IMG/VR virus record: IMGVR_UViG_2706795377_000001
Location: 1-52,359 of that record
DNA: 52,359 nt
Direction: 5' to 3' (one strand)
DNA from: a virus
Lineage: Duplodnaviria; Heunggongvirae; Uroviricota; Caudoviricetes
Part shown: in pieces, positions 16,331-26,341 of the stretch
Layout: the number at the start of each line of letters is the position of its first letter
Position numbering within the stretch: the first letter of the stretch is position 1
The notes under the pieces: model-generated
Database searches by the model: none
What the model saw: the letters and a program-made list of their open reading frames with translations, nothing else
What the model was told of the DNA's origin: nothing
Position numbers and translations under genes: made by a program

Positions 16331-17993
16331 CAATAAGCAAAACATCAAATCATTTGAGCAAATGCAAGGTGACTGGAGAAAATATCTATCATTGTTTCGA
16401 AGTTATCCAGACTTGTTTATCGACTTTATTTTACCAAAAGATTCAATGTTTAAATTATTCTTTTACCAAAGAATGATTTTGAGAATCATGTTCAGATATC
16501 GGAAGACATATTTTACACTCACGCGAGGTAGTTCTAAATCATTCTTACAGGTGCTTGCAAAATATATTGAGTGTATCTTATACCCTAATATAAAAATCAT
16601 GATTACAGCACCGCAGAAGCAAATGGCATCACAAATTGCACAACAGAACATAGAAGAGATTTGGAAATATGTCCCTATCCTAAAAAATGAACTGCGACAA
16701 ATTAGATTCGAGAAAGATTATACAAGACTTATTTTTCATAATGGCTCTGTACTTGATGTGGTAGCTAACTCTGAGTCGTCGAGGGGTTTGCGTAGACATG
16801 GACTTTCTGTTGAGGAAATTATTCACGAACGTTTTGATGAAGAAAATTTCAATACAGTTCTTTTGCCTATCATGGCAAATAATCGTAGACCAGCGTATGG
16901 TGAGGAAGACCCATACGAATTGCATAAAAAAATCACTGTTGTTACAACAGCAGGAACAAAGCAATCGTTCGCTTTTAATCTTCTAAAAGAGTATCTTTAT
17001 GACATGATTTCTGGTAAGTCAGCTTATGTTCTTGGTGCTGGATATGAGCTTGCAACAAGTTTTGGACTACTATCACTTGATTATATTAATGACTTAAAAG
17101 AATCTCCAAATTTTAATCCAATTTCATTTTTACGAGAATATGGTAGTACTTGGTCTGGTAGCTCTGAGAACTCTTTAGTTGACCTTGAGACATTCCGTAA
17201 AGCTAGGGTTATTAAAAATGCAGAGGAGAAGGCAGTAAGCGACAAAAATATTGAATATGTACTTTCATATGACGTTGCTCGTAGTGAAGGTAATGCTAAC
17301 GCTCAATCTGCTTTGGTTGTCATCAAGTTGATTCCAAAAGGAGATGGAACATACTCCAAACACGTTGTTAATGTATATACATTTGAAGGTACGCATTTTA
17401 GAGAGCAGGCTTTGTTCTTGAAACAGAAAGTAAACGACTTCCGAGCAAGAGTACTTGTAGTCGATGCCAACGGTTTAGGTAAAGGTCTGATTGACCAACT
17501 CGTACTGGAGATTGATTCAAACCCTCCATATGAAGTAATTAACGATGATAGATATGCAAAATTCAAGACAGCTAATAGCATTCCAATGATTTTCGCTATT
17601 ATGTCCCAATCAAAAGAAACAAACGCCAGTGATATTCACAACTTGTTTATTAGGTGGATTGGCAACAGCCAAGTGAAGTTCCTTGAATCCGAATCGCAAG
17701 CAAAAGCCAGATTTAAAAACAAGGACGATAGTAAGTTGATTGAATACCTCAGACCTTATATGATGACAGATTTTCTTCAAGAAGAGGTTATGAATTTAGA
17801 ATACAAACAGTCTGGTCACAGAACTGAGGTCAAACAAGTCTCCAAATCTATTCAAAAGGATAGGTTTAGTGCGCTGGAGTATGGACTGTTTTGGGTGTAC
17901 CTAGAAGAACAACGAAACAAGACTATGAGAGAAGAGAACATCGGAGATATTGAATCTTTCTTTATGGGAAGAGGTATTAAACGATTATTTTAA
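16323..17993 (+). CDS. terL: Terminase large subunit
   Basis: TRGSSKSF Walker A, RGLRRH, VEE, nuclease YDVAR, VDANGLG, KDRFSA. Confidence 0.92.
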   Translation: MSDNKQNIKSFEQMQGDWRKYLSLFRSYPDLFIDFILPKDSMFKLFFYQRMILRIMFRYRKTYFTLTRGSSKSFLQVLAKYIECILYPNIKIMITAPQKQMASQIAQQNIEEIWKYVPILKNELRQIRFEKDYTRLIFHNGSVLDVVANSESSRGLRRHGLSVEEIIHERFDEENFNTVLLPIMANNRRPAYGEEDPYELHKKITVVTTAGTKQSFAFNLLKEYLYDMISGKSAYVLGAGYELATSFGLLSLDYINDLKESPNFNPISFLREYGSTWSGSSENSLVDLETFRKARVIKNAEEKAVSDKNIEYVLSYDVARSEGNANAQSALVVIKLIPKGDGTYSKHVVNVYTFEGTHFREQALFLKQKVNDFRARVLVVDANGLGKGLIDQLVLEIDSNPPYEVINDDRYAKFKTANSIPMIFAIMSQSKETNASDIHNLFIRWIGNSQVKFLESESQAKARFKNKDDSKLIEYLRPYMMTDFLQEEVMNLEYKQSGHRTEVKQVSKSIQKDRFSALEYGLFWVYLEEQRNKTMREENIGDIESFFMGRGIKRLF

Positions 17994-18012
17994 TTAAGAA
18001 AGGAGGATTTTG

Positions 18013-19491
18013 ATGCATAACGAAAATCCTATTAGCTTTATAAGAGAGAATGTTCTACTTGACTATGCGAAGGTAACTGAGCTGATAGTAAAAGACCTAA
18101 ATAAATCAAACAATCCGACTACAAAGAAGTTTACAAGAGATAATATTGTAACTTATCTTGCGAATCCAATACGATATGCAAAAGAATTGCAAGTTCTAAG
18201 TTCTTCACTTTATAATGCAAGCTCACATTATCGGAGGTTAATAAATTACTTTGCCAAAATGCCTACATTGGACTATTACATTGAGCCATATGGTATTGAC
18301 ACCTCAAAAAGCGTGAACACCAAATCTCTACGTAACAGCTACAACAAAGCATTAGACATTGTTGAGTTAATGAACCTTCGTCACGAATTTGGCAAAGCTT
18401 TAGTGACAGCTTGGAAGGTTGGTACATTCTATGGTTTCGAGATTTATACAAAGGATTCCTATTTCATCATGGAGCTTCCTTACGACTTCTGCCAAATCAG
18501 TGGAATAGCAGATGGCGTTTACACTTTTAGTTTTGACGTAAGTTATTTTGACAAGAATCCAAATCAATTGGTCTTATATCCAAAAGAGTTTCAAAAAATG
18601 TACAAATCTTTCAAAGGAGGAAGCAAACCGAAGTGGCAAGAAGTTGACCCATCAAAGTCGATTTGCATTAAGGTCAATGATGAAACTTACAATGATTTTC
18701 CTCCATTTGCAGGATTATTCACCGATATTTTTGATATCGAGGATTACAAATCTTTACGTAAGGTCAATGAGGTTTTAGGAAACTACAAGTTCATTGTAGA
18801 GAAGATTCCAATGAGGGAAAAGAGCGACAAGAATAATGACTTCTTGGTTGATTTGAAGACAGTAGCAATGTTTCACAACAAAACCGCAAACCTTTTGCCA
18901 GATGAAATTGGAATTTTTTCCACTCCTTTCGATGTTGATACTGTCGAGTTCTCCAAAACCAATTCTGATAAAGATGCAGTTGGAGATGCAGAGCATAGCT
19001 TTTATTCTGCAAGTGGTACAAGCCAGTTGCTATTTAATGGAAGCAAAGCTTCGCAAGCGAACTTGGCAAAATCAATTAATGTTGATGAAGCAGAAGTGTT
19101 TAGTGTTTTAAGACAGCTTGAACGAATTGTTACCCTTAAAATCAAAAACGAGGTTAAAGGAACATTCAATTTTCGTTTAAGATTTCTCAACAACACAATA
19201 TTCAACAAGAATGAGAACACTGAAACTTTGTTGAAAAATGCTCAATTTGGGTTGCCTGTAAAAATGATGCTTTGTGCTTCTCTTGGACTCAGCCCTAGCG
19301 CATTAATTTCGATGAGTTATCTCGAAAATGAAGTGCTTGGATTGGCAGACAGTTTCATTCCATTGGCTTCGTCTCACACTCAAAGTAAAGACAACATAGA
19401 TGCAGGTGGAAGACCACAGTCTAATGAAGACCAATTATCGAATAAGGGTGAAGAACAGCGCGATAGAGCTGACAACGAAAATAGAGCATAA
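18013..19491 (+). CDS. Portal protein
   Basis: About 490 aa directly after terL; strong RBS AAAGGAGG. Confidence 0.8.
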   Translation: MHNENPISFIRENVLLDYAKVTELIVKDLNKSNNPTTKKFTRDNIVTYLANPIRYAKELQVLSSSLYNASSHYRRLINYFAKMPTLDYYIEPYGIDTSKSVNTKSLRNSYNKALDIVELMNLRHEFGKALVTAWKVGTFYGFEIYTKDSYFIMELPYDFCQISGIADGVYTFSFDVSYFDKNPNQLVLYPKEFQKMYKSFKGGSKPKWQEVDPSKSICIKVNDETYNDFPPFAGLFTDIFDIEDYKSLRKVNEVLGNYKFIVEKIPMREKSDKNNDFLVDLKTVAMFHNKTANLLPDEIGIFSTPFDVDTVEFSKTNSDKDAVGDAEHSFYSASGTSQLLFNGSKASQANLAKSINVDEAEVFSVLRQLERIVTLKIKNEVKGTFNFRLRFLNNTIFNKNENTETLLKNAQFGLPVKMMLCASLGLSPSALISMSYLENEVLGLADSFIPLASSHTQSKDNIDAGGRPQSNEDQLSNKGEEQRDRADNENRA

Positions 19492-19511
19492 GAAAGGGGT
19501 GAGAAGATTAC

Positions 19512-21107
19512 ATGAAAGTTTTGACAACTATTCCAGTTCATTTTGAGGAGGTCAACCAACTCGATAGCAGATTTACCAAAGTGAAAGTTTGGTTGATGCA
19601 CTTGGGAAAGAACTACAACGGTAGTATTTTTACCAAAGAAGCAGTTGAATCTGCAATGGATACATTGAAAAACACTCCAATCTTGGGCTATGTCGAAGAA
19701 TCGAAACTTGGTGAAAAAGATTTTAGAGGTCACGAAGTAGAGTTGGTTGTTGAAGGTGGAAACCTCAAAACCAAATATATAGGTCAAGCGTATGGAGTTA
19801 TCCCTGAGAATTGCAATCCTCGTTTCGAGGTCAAGAAGGGGGACTTCAATAACGACTTGGAGTATCTGGTTGTCGATGGTCTTATGTGGACTAAGTTTGA
19901 CGATGCTATCAACATTCTCAACAGTCATCAAGAAGTATCTCAATCTATGGAATTGCATGATGACTATGATGGGTATTGGGATGAGGAAAAGAATTTCGTA
20001 TTTACGAAGTTTTCCTTTTATGGGGCTTGTTTGCTAGGTCAAGACGTTCTTCCTGCAATGCAGAAGGCGAGTGTTGAGATTTCGTTCTCTAATGATGTCA
20101 GTGTTTACCAAGAAGAAATTGCTAAAAAGCTTGAAGAATATATGATGTCTTTCAATAATGGGCAGGTCAAGGAGGTGGAAGATGTGACGATTGAAGGATT
20201 GCTAGCTAAGTTCTCTACGACTGTAGAAGCCTTAGCTGAAAAGGGTGTTGATGTTAATACTTATTCTGTTAAGGAACTTGAAGTAAAACTTACCGAACTG
20301 TTCGAACAAGGAGATAGCTCTGAGAAAGAGACAGATGACATTGGTGCAGATACAGGAGAGGATGAGGGAGACGAAGGTTCTGATAACTCCGATACTGACG
20401 AAGGCGGTGACGCTAGTGAAGGTAATGGAGATAGTGCAGAAGGTGGAGATGGTCAGGGATTCTCAAAAAAAGATAGTAATGATGCAACAGATAAACTCCA
20501 ACTCAGTTTTGAGTTGTCACATGATGATGTTCGTCGAAAGTTGTATCAAGGTCTTGATGAACACATCCAATCTTGTGTTGGCGGTGACTCTAGCTGGAAC
20601 TACATTGTTTCGGTTTTTGATTCCTATTTCATCGCAGAAGATGATTATGGTAGAAAATTCCATATGATTGGATATCAGAAAGATGGAGACAGCATCGCTC
20701 TTGGTGAAGTGAAAGAAGTATTCGCAATGTTTTTGACGCAAGAAGAGAAGGGCGCATTGGAACTAATGCGTTCTAGCTTTGAACAATACAAGGCTGAGAA
20801 TACTGAATTGAAAGCATTTAAGCAATCTGTATGTAAAGCGCAACATGAAGCGCAAGCAGAGGAACTGTTTGAGAAATTTAATAAACTTTCCGCAGAAGAA
20901 GTGGCTGACCTTCGTGAAAATGTTCATAACTTCACCATCGAGGCACTTGAATCCAGTTTGTTCGAACGATTAGGTCGTAAGACAGCCAACTTCTCTGTAT
21001 CTAAACCAAATACGACTTATAATCTTAAAATTAATATTGCTCAAACAGAGGATAAAGATGCTGGTGGCTACAGTCATCTTTTTAAAAAGCATGGATTTAC
21101 TAAATAA
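19512..21107 (+). CDS. Prohead protease/scaffold
   Basis: Between portal and capsid; PILGYV...DFRGHE, GACLLGQDVLPAM; acidic linker and coiled coil. Confidence 0.75.
   Translation: MKVLTTIPVHFEEVNQLDSRFTKVKVWLMHLGKNYNGSIFTKEAVESAMDTLKNTPILGYVEESKLGEKDFRGHEVELVVEGGNLKTKYIGQAYGVIPENCNPRFEVKKGDFNNDLEYLVVDGLMWTKFDDAINILNSHQEVSQSMELHDDYDGYWDEEKNFVFTKFSFYGACLLGQDVLPAMQKASVEISFSNDVSVYQEEIAKKLEEYMMSFNNGQVKEVEDVTIEGLLAKFSTTVEALAEKGVDVNTYSVKELEVKLTELFEQGDSSEKETDDIGADTGEDEGDEGSDNSDTDEGGDASEGNGDSAEGGDGQGFSKKDSNDATDKLQLSFELSHDDVRRKLYQGLDEHIQSCVGGDSSWNYIVSVFDSYFIAEDDYGRKFHMIGYQKDGDSIALGEVKEVFAMFLTQEEKGALELMRSSFEQYKAENTELKAFKQSVCKAQHEAQAEELFEKFNKLSAEEVADLRENVHNFTIEALESSLFERLGRKTANFSVSKPNTTYNLKINIAQTEDKDAGGYSHLFKKHGFTK
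20184..21107 (+). CDS. Putative nested scaffold from an internal start
   Basis: AAGGAGGTG 6 nt before an in-frame GTG at 20184. Confidence 0.55.
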   Translation: MTIEGLLAKFSTTVEALAEKGVDVNTYSVKELEVKLTELFEQGDSSEKETDDIGADTGEDEGDEGSDNSDTDEGGDASEGNGDSAEGGDGQGFSKKDSNDATDKLQLSFELSHDDVRRKLYQGLDEHIQSCVGGDSSWNYIVSVFDSYFIAEDDYGRKFHMIGYQKDGDSIALGEVKEVFAMFLTQEEKGALELMRSSFEQYKAENTELKAFKQSVCKAQHEAQAEELFEKFNKLSAEEVADLRENVHNFTIEALESSLFERLGRKTANFSVSKPNTTYNLKINIAQTEDKDAGGYSHLFKKHGFTK

Positions 21108-21139
21108 AAAATTGAGATTTATTGAAGGAGGAAATATAA

Positions 21140-21622
21140 ATGGCAGTTATTCGTTTGGATAAAATCGCAGGAGTTCACCTTGAGTCTGTAGTACACACAG
21201 CCGAAATGAAGAATGGTTATTTTGTACAGCTTGGTGCATTGGTAGCAGGAGAGACAGAATTGTACGAAGTTAAAGTACCTGCTGTAGATGCTGACTTGAA
21301 GAAGGAATTTGTTCTTGTATCTGCACCAGAAGTTATGGTTGACCCTCGTAAGGCTGGATTAAAACACTTCGTAATTGAAGCAGGAACTACAGCGCGAGCT
21401 TATCATTTAGTGAAAGGTGACGTAATCACACTGACAGAAGACTTGATTGATGGTACTCCTGTTAAAAATCAATTTGTTGTACCACAAGCAGGTTCTATGA
21501 AATTAGAAGCTTCCGCAGATGGGGGCAGTGTAGAAGTTAGTCTAGTATTAGAAGTAGTTCGTGAAACCACTCTTGGTTATGACAATACTAAGGCTTTTCA
21601 ACTACGTGTTATCAAAGCCTAA
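21140..21622 (+). CDS. Head decoration/structural protein
   Basis: 160 aa, beta-rich, immediately before the capsid gene. Confidence 0.65.
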   Translation: MAVIRLDKIAGVHLESVVHTAEMKNGYFVQLGALVAGETELYEVKVPAVDADLKKEFVLVSAPEVMVDPRKAGLKHFVIEAGTTARAYHLVKGDVITLTEDLIDGTPVKNQFVVPQAGSMKLEASADGGSVEVSLVLEVVRETTLGYDNTKAFQLRVIKA

Positions 21623-21662
21623 TAAAAAATACTTCGATTTAATTCGATAAGGAGGAACTGAA

Positions 21663-22640
21663 ATGCACGATATTGCTAAATTGGCTATTGATGTATATAA
21701 AAATCAAGGAGATGTTACTAAATTCTCTCGTAATGAAGCTATGGAAGTACTTCGTCGGGAATTGGTAGAGGCAAACGGAGGTTCTGACAAGCTTACACCG
21801 AAATCCTTTCGTAACAACCCTCAATTATTTGCAATCTTGGAGGAAGCGCTCGATATTTTGATTGAAGAAGGTTTGAAAGGTCAATTCGATACATTTGTTG
21901 AGACAATTGTAGTAGACCACGGAGACACTAAGGTTTTCACAGTAGAAGAAAACCGTTTGTTCGACGTTGCTATCATTTCTGATGGTAATGGTGACCTTCG
22001 TCGTGACCGTTTGGATACTGGCGAACTGACTATCAAGACTTCCATCATGGGTGTCGCGGTTTACGAAGAGCTTGCGCGTCTGCTTGCAGGTCGTCAAGAC
22101 TTTGCTAAACTGGTTGAAAATGTTGCTCGTTCCTACGACAACAAAATTCAAAATCTTATCTACGATGCTGTGTATAACAGCTACAACCAACTTGGTTCTA
22201 CTTACGCTGTTTCTGGTTCGTTTACAGAGCAAAAGCTCGATGAACTGATTGCGCATGTAGAAGCCTCAACTGGCATGGAGGCAATGATTCTTGGTACAAA
22301 GGCGGCGTTGGCTAAAATCAACTATGGAACTGCTTCCGAGAAATCCAAGCAGGAGAAGAATGATTTTGGTTTCTATGGAAACTTTCATGGAACTCCAATG
22401 ATGGTGATTAAACAGGCTCACAAAGTCGGCTCTACCGAGTTCGCCATCGACAATAGCTTTCTGATGGTTGTTCCAAAAACTCCTGATAAGATGGTTAAAC
22501 TCGTCCTTGAAGGCGACTCCATGATTATCGAGGGTGATGGCTCAAACCGTAAAGACATGCAACGTGAGTACACCTTCATTAAGAAGGCTGGTATTGCGGT
22601 GCTGTCTAGTGCGAAGTATGGCATCTACCGCCTGACCTAA
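21663..22640 (+). CDS. Major capsid protein
   Basis: 325 aa, position in module, strong RBS AAGGAGG, codon usage of a highly expressed gene. Confidence 0.85.
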   Translation: MHDIAKLAIDVYKNQGDVTKFSRNEAMEVLRRELVEANGGSDKLTPKSFRNNPQLFAILEEALDILIEEGLKGQFDTFVETIVVDHGDTKVFTVEENRLFDVAIISDGNGDLRRDRLDTGELTIKTSIMGVAVYEELARLLAGRQDFAKLVENVARSYDNKIQNLIYDAVYNSYNQLGSTYAVSGSFTEQKLDELIAHVEASTGMEAMILGTKAALAKINYGTASEKSKQEKNDFGFYGNFHGTPMMVIKQAHKVGSTEFAIDNSFLMVVPKTPDKMVKLVLEGDSMIIEGDGSNRKDMQREYTFIKKAGIAVLSSAKYGIYRLT

Positions 22641-22706
22641 TGGCTAGGCGGTTTACTTTGGGTCTTTGCACTAGACGCGTCTGAGCGTAGCTTTACTTGA
22701 ATCTTA

Positions 22707-22742
22707 AAAGCAAGGGGAGAAAATCATCCCCTTGCTTTATTT
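22707..22742 (+). terminator. Intrinsic terminator
   Basis: AAAGCAAGGGGA...TCCCCTTGCTTT. Confidence 0.8.
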
Positions 22743-22773
22743 TGCATAAAGAGATAAAAGGAGTGTTTTGATA

Positions 22774-23550
22774 ATGACAAAAAAAGAACTGGTTGAGGAA
22801 ATCCTAAGCATTAAAGAAGTGGACTCGAAAGCTAACCTTATGAAGAAGTCAGCACCACAATTGGAAGGCATTCTGGAAGGTTTGAAAACTTCTCAGACGC
22901 TTGATGCAACCCCTGTACCTATAACAGTGACATCAGCTAATACTGCACTTCAAATCGACGTTCAGACACTCACAGCTCAAATAAAAGAGCAGATGCTTGT
23001 TGAACTAAGCGAACAAATCCGTAAGGAACTTGATGCAGAAGTGAAGGCTGATATCGTACAGCAAGATACAGTTGAAATCCCTGTAAAACCTAAATCTAGC
23101 AAGCGAGAAATCGACCGATTTGAGCAAATTCCAGTAATGAATTGTACGAACGGACAACTTATTTACGCATCTCGCAAAACAGGTGCAGAGTGGTTGTTTA
23201 CCAATTATGGCGACATTGAATATATGGAGTTCCAAGAACTTTTGACAATGCGTAGTTCTCAACGTCGATTCTTTGATGAGCCTTTTATCATTGTTATGGA
23301 TGATGATGCAGTTGAATATCTTGGTTTGACTAAGATGTATGCAAATATCAAAAACCCATCTCAGATTGACGCTACATTCAAATTGGCACAAACAGATTTT
23401 GAACAAGTGCTTGAAAAGTCTCCAAAAGGTATTAAACATTTGATTATCTCAAGAGCTAAACATTTGTATGATAGTGGTGAATTGGATTCTATCAAAAAAA
23501 TAAATTATATCAATGAAAAATATGGAACTGATATTGGACAAAGGGGGTAA
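22774..23550 (+). CDS. Conserved phage head-region protein
   Basis: ORF with RBS AAGGAG; same position as SPbeta yonA. Confidence 0.7.
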   Translation: MTKKELVEEILSIKEVDSKANLMKKSAPQLEGILEGLKTSQTLDATPVPITVTSANTALQIDVQTLTAQIKEQMLVELSEQIRKELDAEVKADIVQQDTVEIPVKPKSSKREIDRFEQIPVMNCTNGQLIYASRKTGAEWLFTNYGDIEYMEFQELLTMRSSQRRFFDEPFIIVMDDDAVEYLGLTKMYANIKNPSQIDATFKLAQTDFEQVLEKSPKGIKHLIISRAKHLYDSGELDSIKKINYINEKYGTDIGQRG

Positions 23551-23555
23551 TTTCT

Positions 23556-23981
23556 GTGGCGACACCCCTGACTGAAATATATGATTCTTTTTTGTCTAAG
23601 GTAACAGATTACTCTTTCTTGAAGTTGAACGAAGAAGGGGTTCTTGAGGAAGTGTTATTTAAACATCTTAGAGCGTCAATTGTACGGTTTACCAACTGCA
23701 CAAAAGAGCTATTAGTAGATGAAGCAAGTCAATCATTTACTTTAGACCTTGACCCATTTGAAATTGAAATGTTGGCTACTCTTATGACATTAAGCTATGT
23801 CTCTGGAAAAATTTTAAATGTCAAGAATACAGAGCAAATACTTTCCGACAAAGATTATAAAATCTACTCTACTGCAAACTTTCTTAGTCAATTAATTGCT
23901 CTCAAACAGGAACTTCAATCCGAGTCATCTCATTTGATGAACGCATATTCGTTAAAAATTGGATTGGAGGAATTGAAATGA
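23556..23981 (+). CDS. Putative head-tail adaptor
   Basis: TPLTEIYDSFLSKVTDY...; helical; position in module. Confidence 0.6.
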   Translation: MATPLTEIYDSFLSKVTDYSFLKLNEEGVLEEVLFKHLRASIVRFTNCTKELLVDEASQSFTLDLDPFEIEMLATLMTLSYVSGKILNVKNTEQILSDKDYKIYSTANFLSQLIALKQELQSESSHLMNAYSLKIGLEELK

Positions 23982-24274
23982 TTACAAAATTTGGCGACCT
24001 TGATAAAAATAAAATTGACGTTTATTTGACAAGGTTAATAGGTAGAGTATTTAAAATTATTCCTATGAATGAAGAAGGGTGTAAAACACTTGATTTATAT
24101 ATCGACTCTTTGGTAAGAGAGATTTTTAGCAATTCATTTATTATTCAAAGTGATGAGCTGTTGGAAATTTGTGGAACACTCAAAGGCATAAATTTTGAAA
24201 GTCATAAGCTAATGAAAAGCGATGTGTTTAAGACAATTGATTTGATTTACCAAGCTAAAAAGAGAGTGATGTAA
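23978..24274 (+). CDS. Hypothetical phage protein
   Basis: Overlaps the upstream stop; lies in the neck cluster. Confidence 0.65.
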   Translation: MITKFGDLDKNKIDVYLTRLIGRVFKIIPMNEEGCKTLDLYIDSLVREIFSNSFIIQSDELLEICGTLKGINFESHKLMKSDVFKTIDLIYQAKKRVM

Positions 24275-24275
24275 T

Positions 24276-24935
24276 ATGGACTTGTCTCTATATCAAAAGA
24301 TGATTGGCGCTAACAACACAAGCCTTTCTCAAGCTTACATCAATGACACTATTGCACATGAGAATGAGTTTTTCAATGATTCTCCTTCATTTAAAACTGT
24401 TCTCGTCAATCACACTCAAATGGATTGTATTGTTAGTCACACCAAAAAATCTACTAAATTAGAATTGCTGTTTAGACCAAAGAGCGTTTTAGGTAAAGGT
24501 ATGTATATAAATTATAAATCCGATGTGTATTTAATTACTGAGTTTATTCCAAATGAGATTTATCCAAAGGCAACCATAGAGTTGTGTAACTCAGTTCTGA
24601 AATGGAAAGACGAAACTGGAAAGGTTAAAGAACACAGATGTGTTGTGAAGAGAGACACTTACAATGAAAAAGAAGATAGGCAAGTTAATACATCTGATTC
24701 GGAATTGTTGGCTATAGTACAATACAATGATGACACAAAACGAATAAAGCCAACACAGAGATTTATGTTTGGCTCGTCCGTATACGAAATTATTAAGTTT
24801 GACGATGTTTCCAACGTATACAATGAAGATGGATATATTAAATTTGGATTGAAATTTACAAATATGTCAACAACTGATGATGTTGAAAATCAAGTTGCCG
24901 ATAATAGTGGTAATTCAGGATGGGGTGGTTGGTGA
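24276..24935 (+). CDS. Putative head closure/neck protein
   Basis: Beta-rich; position in module. Confidence 0.6.
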   Translation: MDLSLYQKMIGANNTSLSQAYINDTIAHENEFFNDSPSFKTVLVNHTQMDCIVSHTKKSTKLELLFRPKSVLGKGMYINYKSDVYLITEFIPNEIYPKATIELCNSVLKWKDETGKVKEHRCVVKRDTYNEKEDRQVNTSDSELLAIVQYNDDTKRIKPTQRFMFGSSVYEIIKFDDVSNVYNEDGYIKFGLKFTNMSTTDDVENQVADNSGNSGWGGW

Positions 24936-25420
24936 TGGACTTTGAGAGACTTTCTTCTAATATTATTAGCCTTATAGATGAGGTTCTAAAAAATAAAAAT
25001 CTTGTAAGCTATATAGGATTTGATGGAGATAATCCATCTGTTCAATCTATTTCACCAAAGAGCATTGCACCCAAAGGCGAAAAAGAAAGGATTTTACCAT
25101 ATCCTTTTGACGCAAGTTTCAGTGAAGATATAAGAACTCAGCTTCATATCTATTATCCAAACCTTGTTTTTCAAAATAATGGTCATGCAAGTCAAGTTGT
25201 AGTTTTTATGGACATTGTGGTTCATAAAAGCATTTGGTTGCTTACTGACAAAGATAAAAAACTTATCAGACCATATCAGATTGCCAAATACCTAGTCGAT
25301 ACGTTTAAGGATAAAGATATTTTGAATATAGGCAAAATCCACTTTGTTGAGGGTGTACACACAGTAATAAATAATCAATTTGAAGGATTTAGGCTGGTCG
25401 CTACATTCACAGAGTTTTAG
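24935..25420 (+). CDS. Putative tail terminator/completion protein
   Basis: TGATG coupling; position before the tube gene. Confidence 0.55.
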   Translation: MDFERLSSNIISLIDEVLKNKNLVSYIGFDGDNPSVQSISPKSIAPKGEKERILPYPFDASFSEDIRTQLHIYYPNLVFQNNGHASQVVVFMDIVVHKSIWLLTDKDKKLIRPYQIAKYLVDTFKDKDILNIGKIHFVEGVHTVINNQFEGFRLVATFTEF

Positions 25421-25430
25421 GTGATTTAAG

Positions 25431-26186
25431 ATGGAACACATTGACCTAAAGTTACGTTTATTTGGTGGATTGCCTGTTGAAGCAAAAGGGTTTGGAATAA
25501 TTGAGCCATTAAAAATTAGGGAGATAATTGAGTTTGGATATAGTGACTATATGAAATGTCTGAACCTAATCAGTCTTGAACTTTCTGATATAGTTGATGA
25601 TAAAGAGATATTAAATGATGAAGAAATTACACCAATTGATTTTCTCTTAGCATTTGGTGGAGAAGAAATTGAACGTATGATTGAAAAGGCATTATCGCTC
25701 TTTTTAAAAGGGGAAGCAATTGTTGACAAGGATAATCTGCAAGTTCTGGTTAACAGAGACGATGCAGTTTGTGCTGTTAATCGAGACAATTACATCAATA
25801 TCCAAGATATTATCAAATGGCAAAACTATGTTAATAGCTTCGAGGAAAAGAATCTTGACAATTTTAATCCAGCTAATGAAGAGGCTAGAAGATTCAAAGA
25901 AAAGATGGAAAGATTGAAGAAAGAGAGAGAGAAAGCAAAAAAGAGAAAAAGCGAAGCCGATAATGATGTCGATGATGGTGGTAATATTGATTTTTTCGAT
26001 ATTCTTAGCTCCATCTCTTCTATGTCCAATAGCATCAATGAACTAAATGTATTAGACCTAACAATCTATCAGGTTTATAGGAAATTTAAACGTATGCAAA
26101 TTATCGACCAATATGATATAAGCATCAAATCTACTTTAGCAGGAGCAAAAGACATTAAAATCCGACACTGGTCATCTAAAGGGTAG
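25431..26186 (+). CDS. Conserved phage tail-region protein
   Basis: ORF ending GAKDIKIRHW; same position as SPbeta yomV. Confidence 0.65.
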   Translation: MEHIDLKLRLFGGLPVEAKGFGIIEPLKIREIIEFGYSDYMKCLNLISLELSDIVDDKEILNDEEITPIDFLLAFGGEEIERMIEKALSLFLKGEAIVDKDNLQVLVNRDDAVCAVNRDNYINIQDIIKWQNYVNSFEEKNLDNFNPANEEARRFKEKMERLKKEREKAKKRKSEADNDVDDGGNIDFFDILSSISSMSNSINELNVLDLTIYQVYRKFKRMQIIDQYDISIKSTLAGAKDIKIRHWSSKG

Positions 26187-26268
26187 CCTCTTATCCAAAA
26201 GTGATAAATTTACGAAAGGCAAAGACTATTATGTATGATGGAGACGAAATCATAAAATGTTTCACTTG

Positions 26269-26296
26269 AAAACAACTCTTTTGAGTTGTTTTTTTT
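26269..26296 (+). terminator. Intrinsic terminator
   Basis: AAAACAACTC-TTTT-GAGTTGTTTT plus T-run. Confidence 0.7.
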
Positions 26297-26341
26297 AGTT
26301 TTTATAAAAAATACAAAATTTCTTAAAGGAGAGGATTATAT

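Noticed and set aside
8599-17993. Intein or intron in recD or terL
   Set aside because: Lengths are normal, motifs contiguous, no intein splice motifs or homing endonuclease seen
22650-22700. AGACGCGTCT palindrome after the capsid gene
   Set aside because: Only 10 bp, single copy, no supporting context
26195-26268. GGCAAA...GGAGACGAAA resembling a c-di-GMP-I riboswitch; also a 22-codon GTG ORF
   Set aside because: Lacks the P2/P3 stems and tetraloop receptor; the ORF has no RBS
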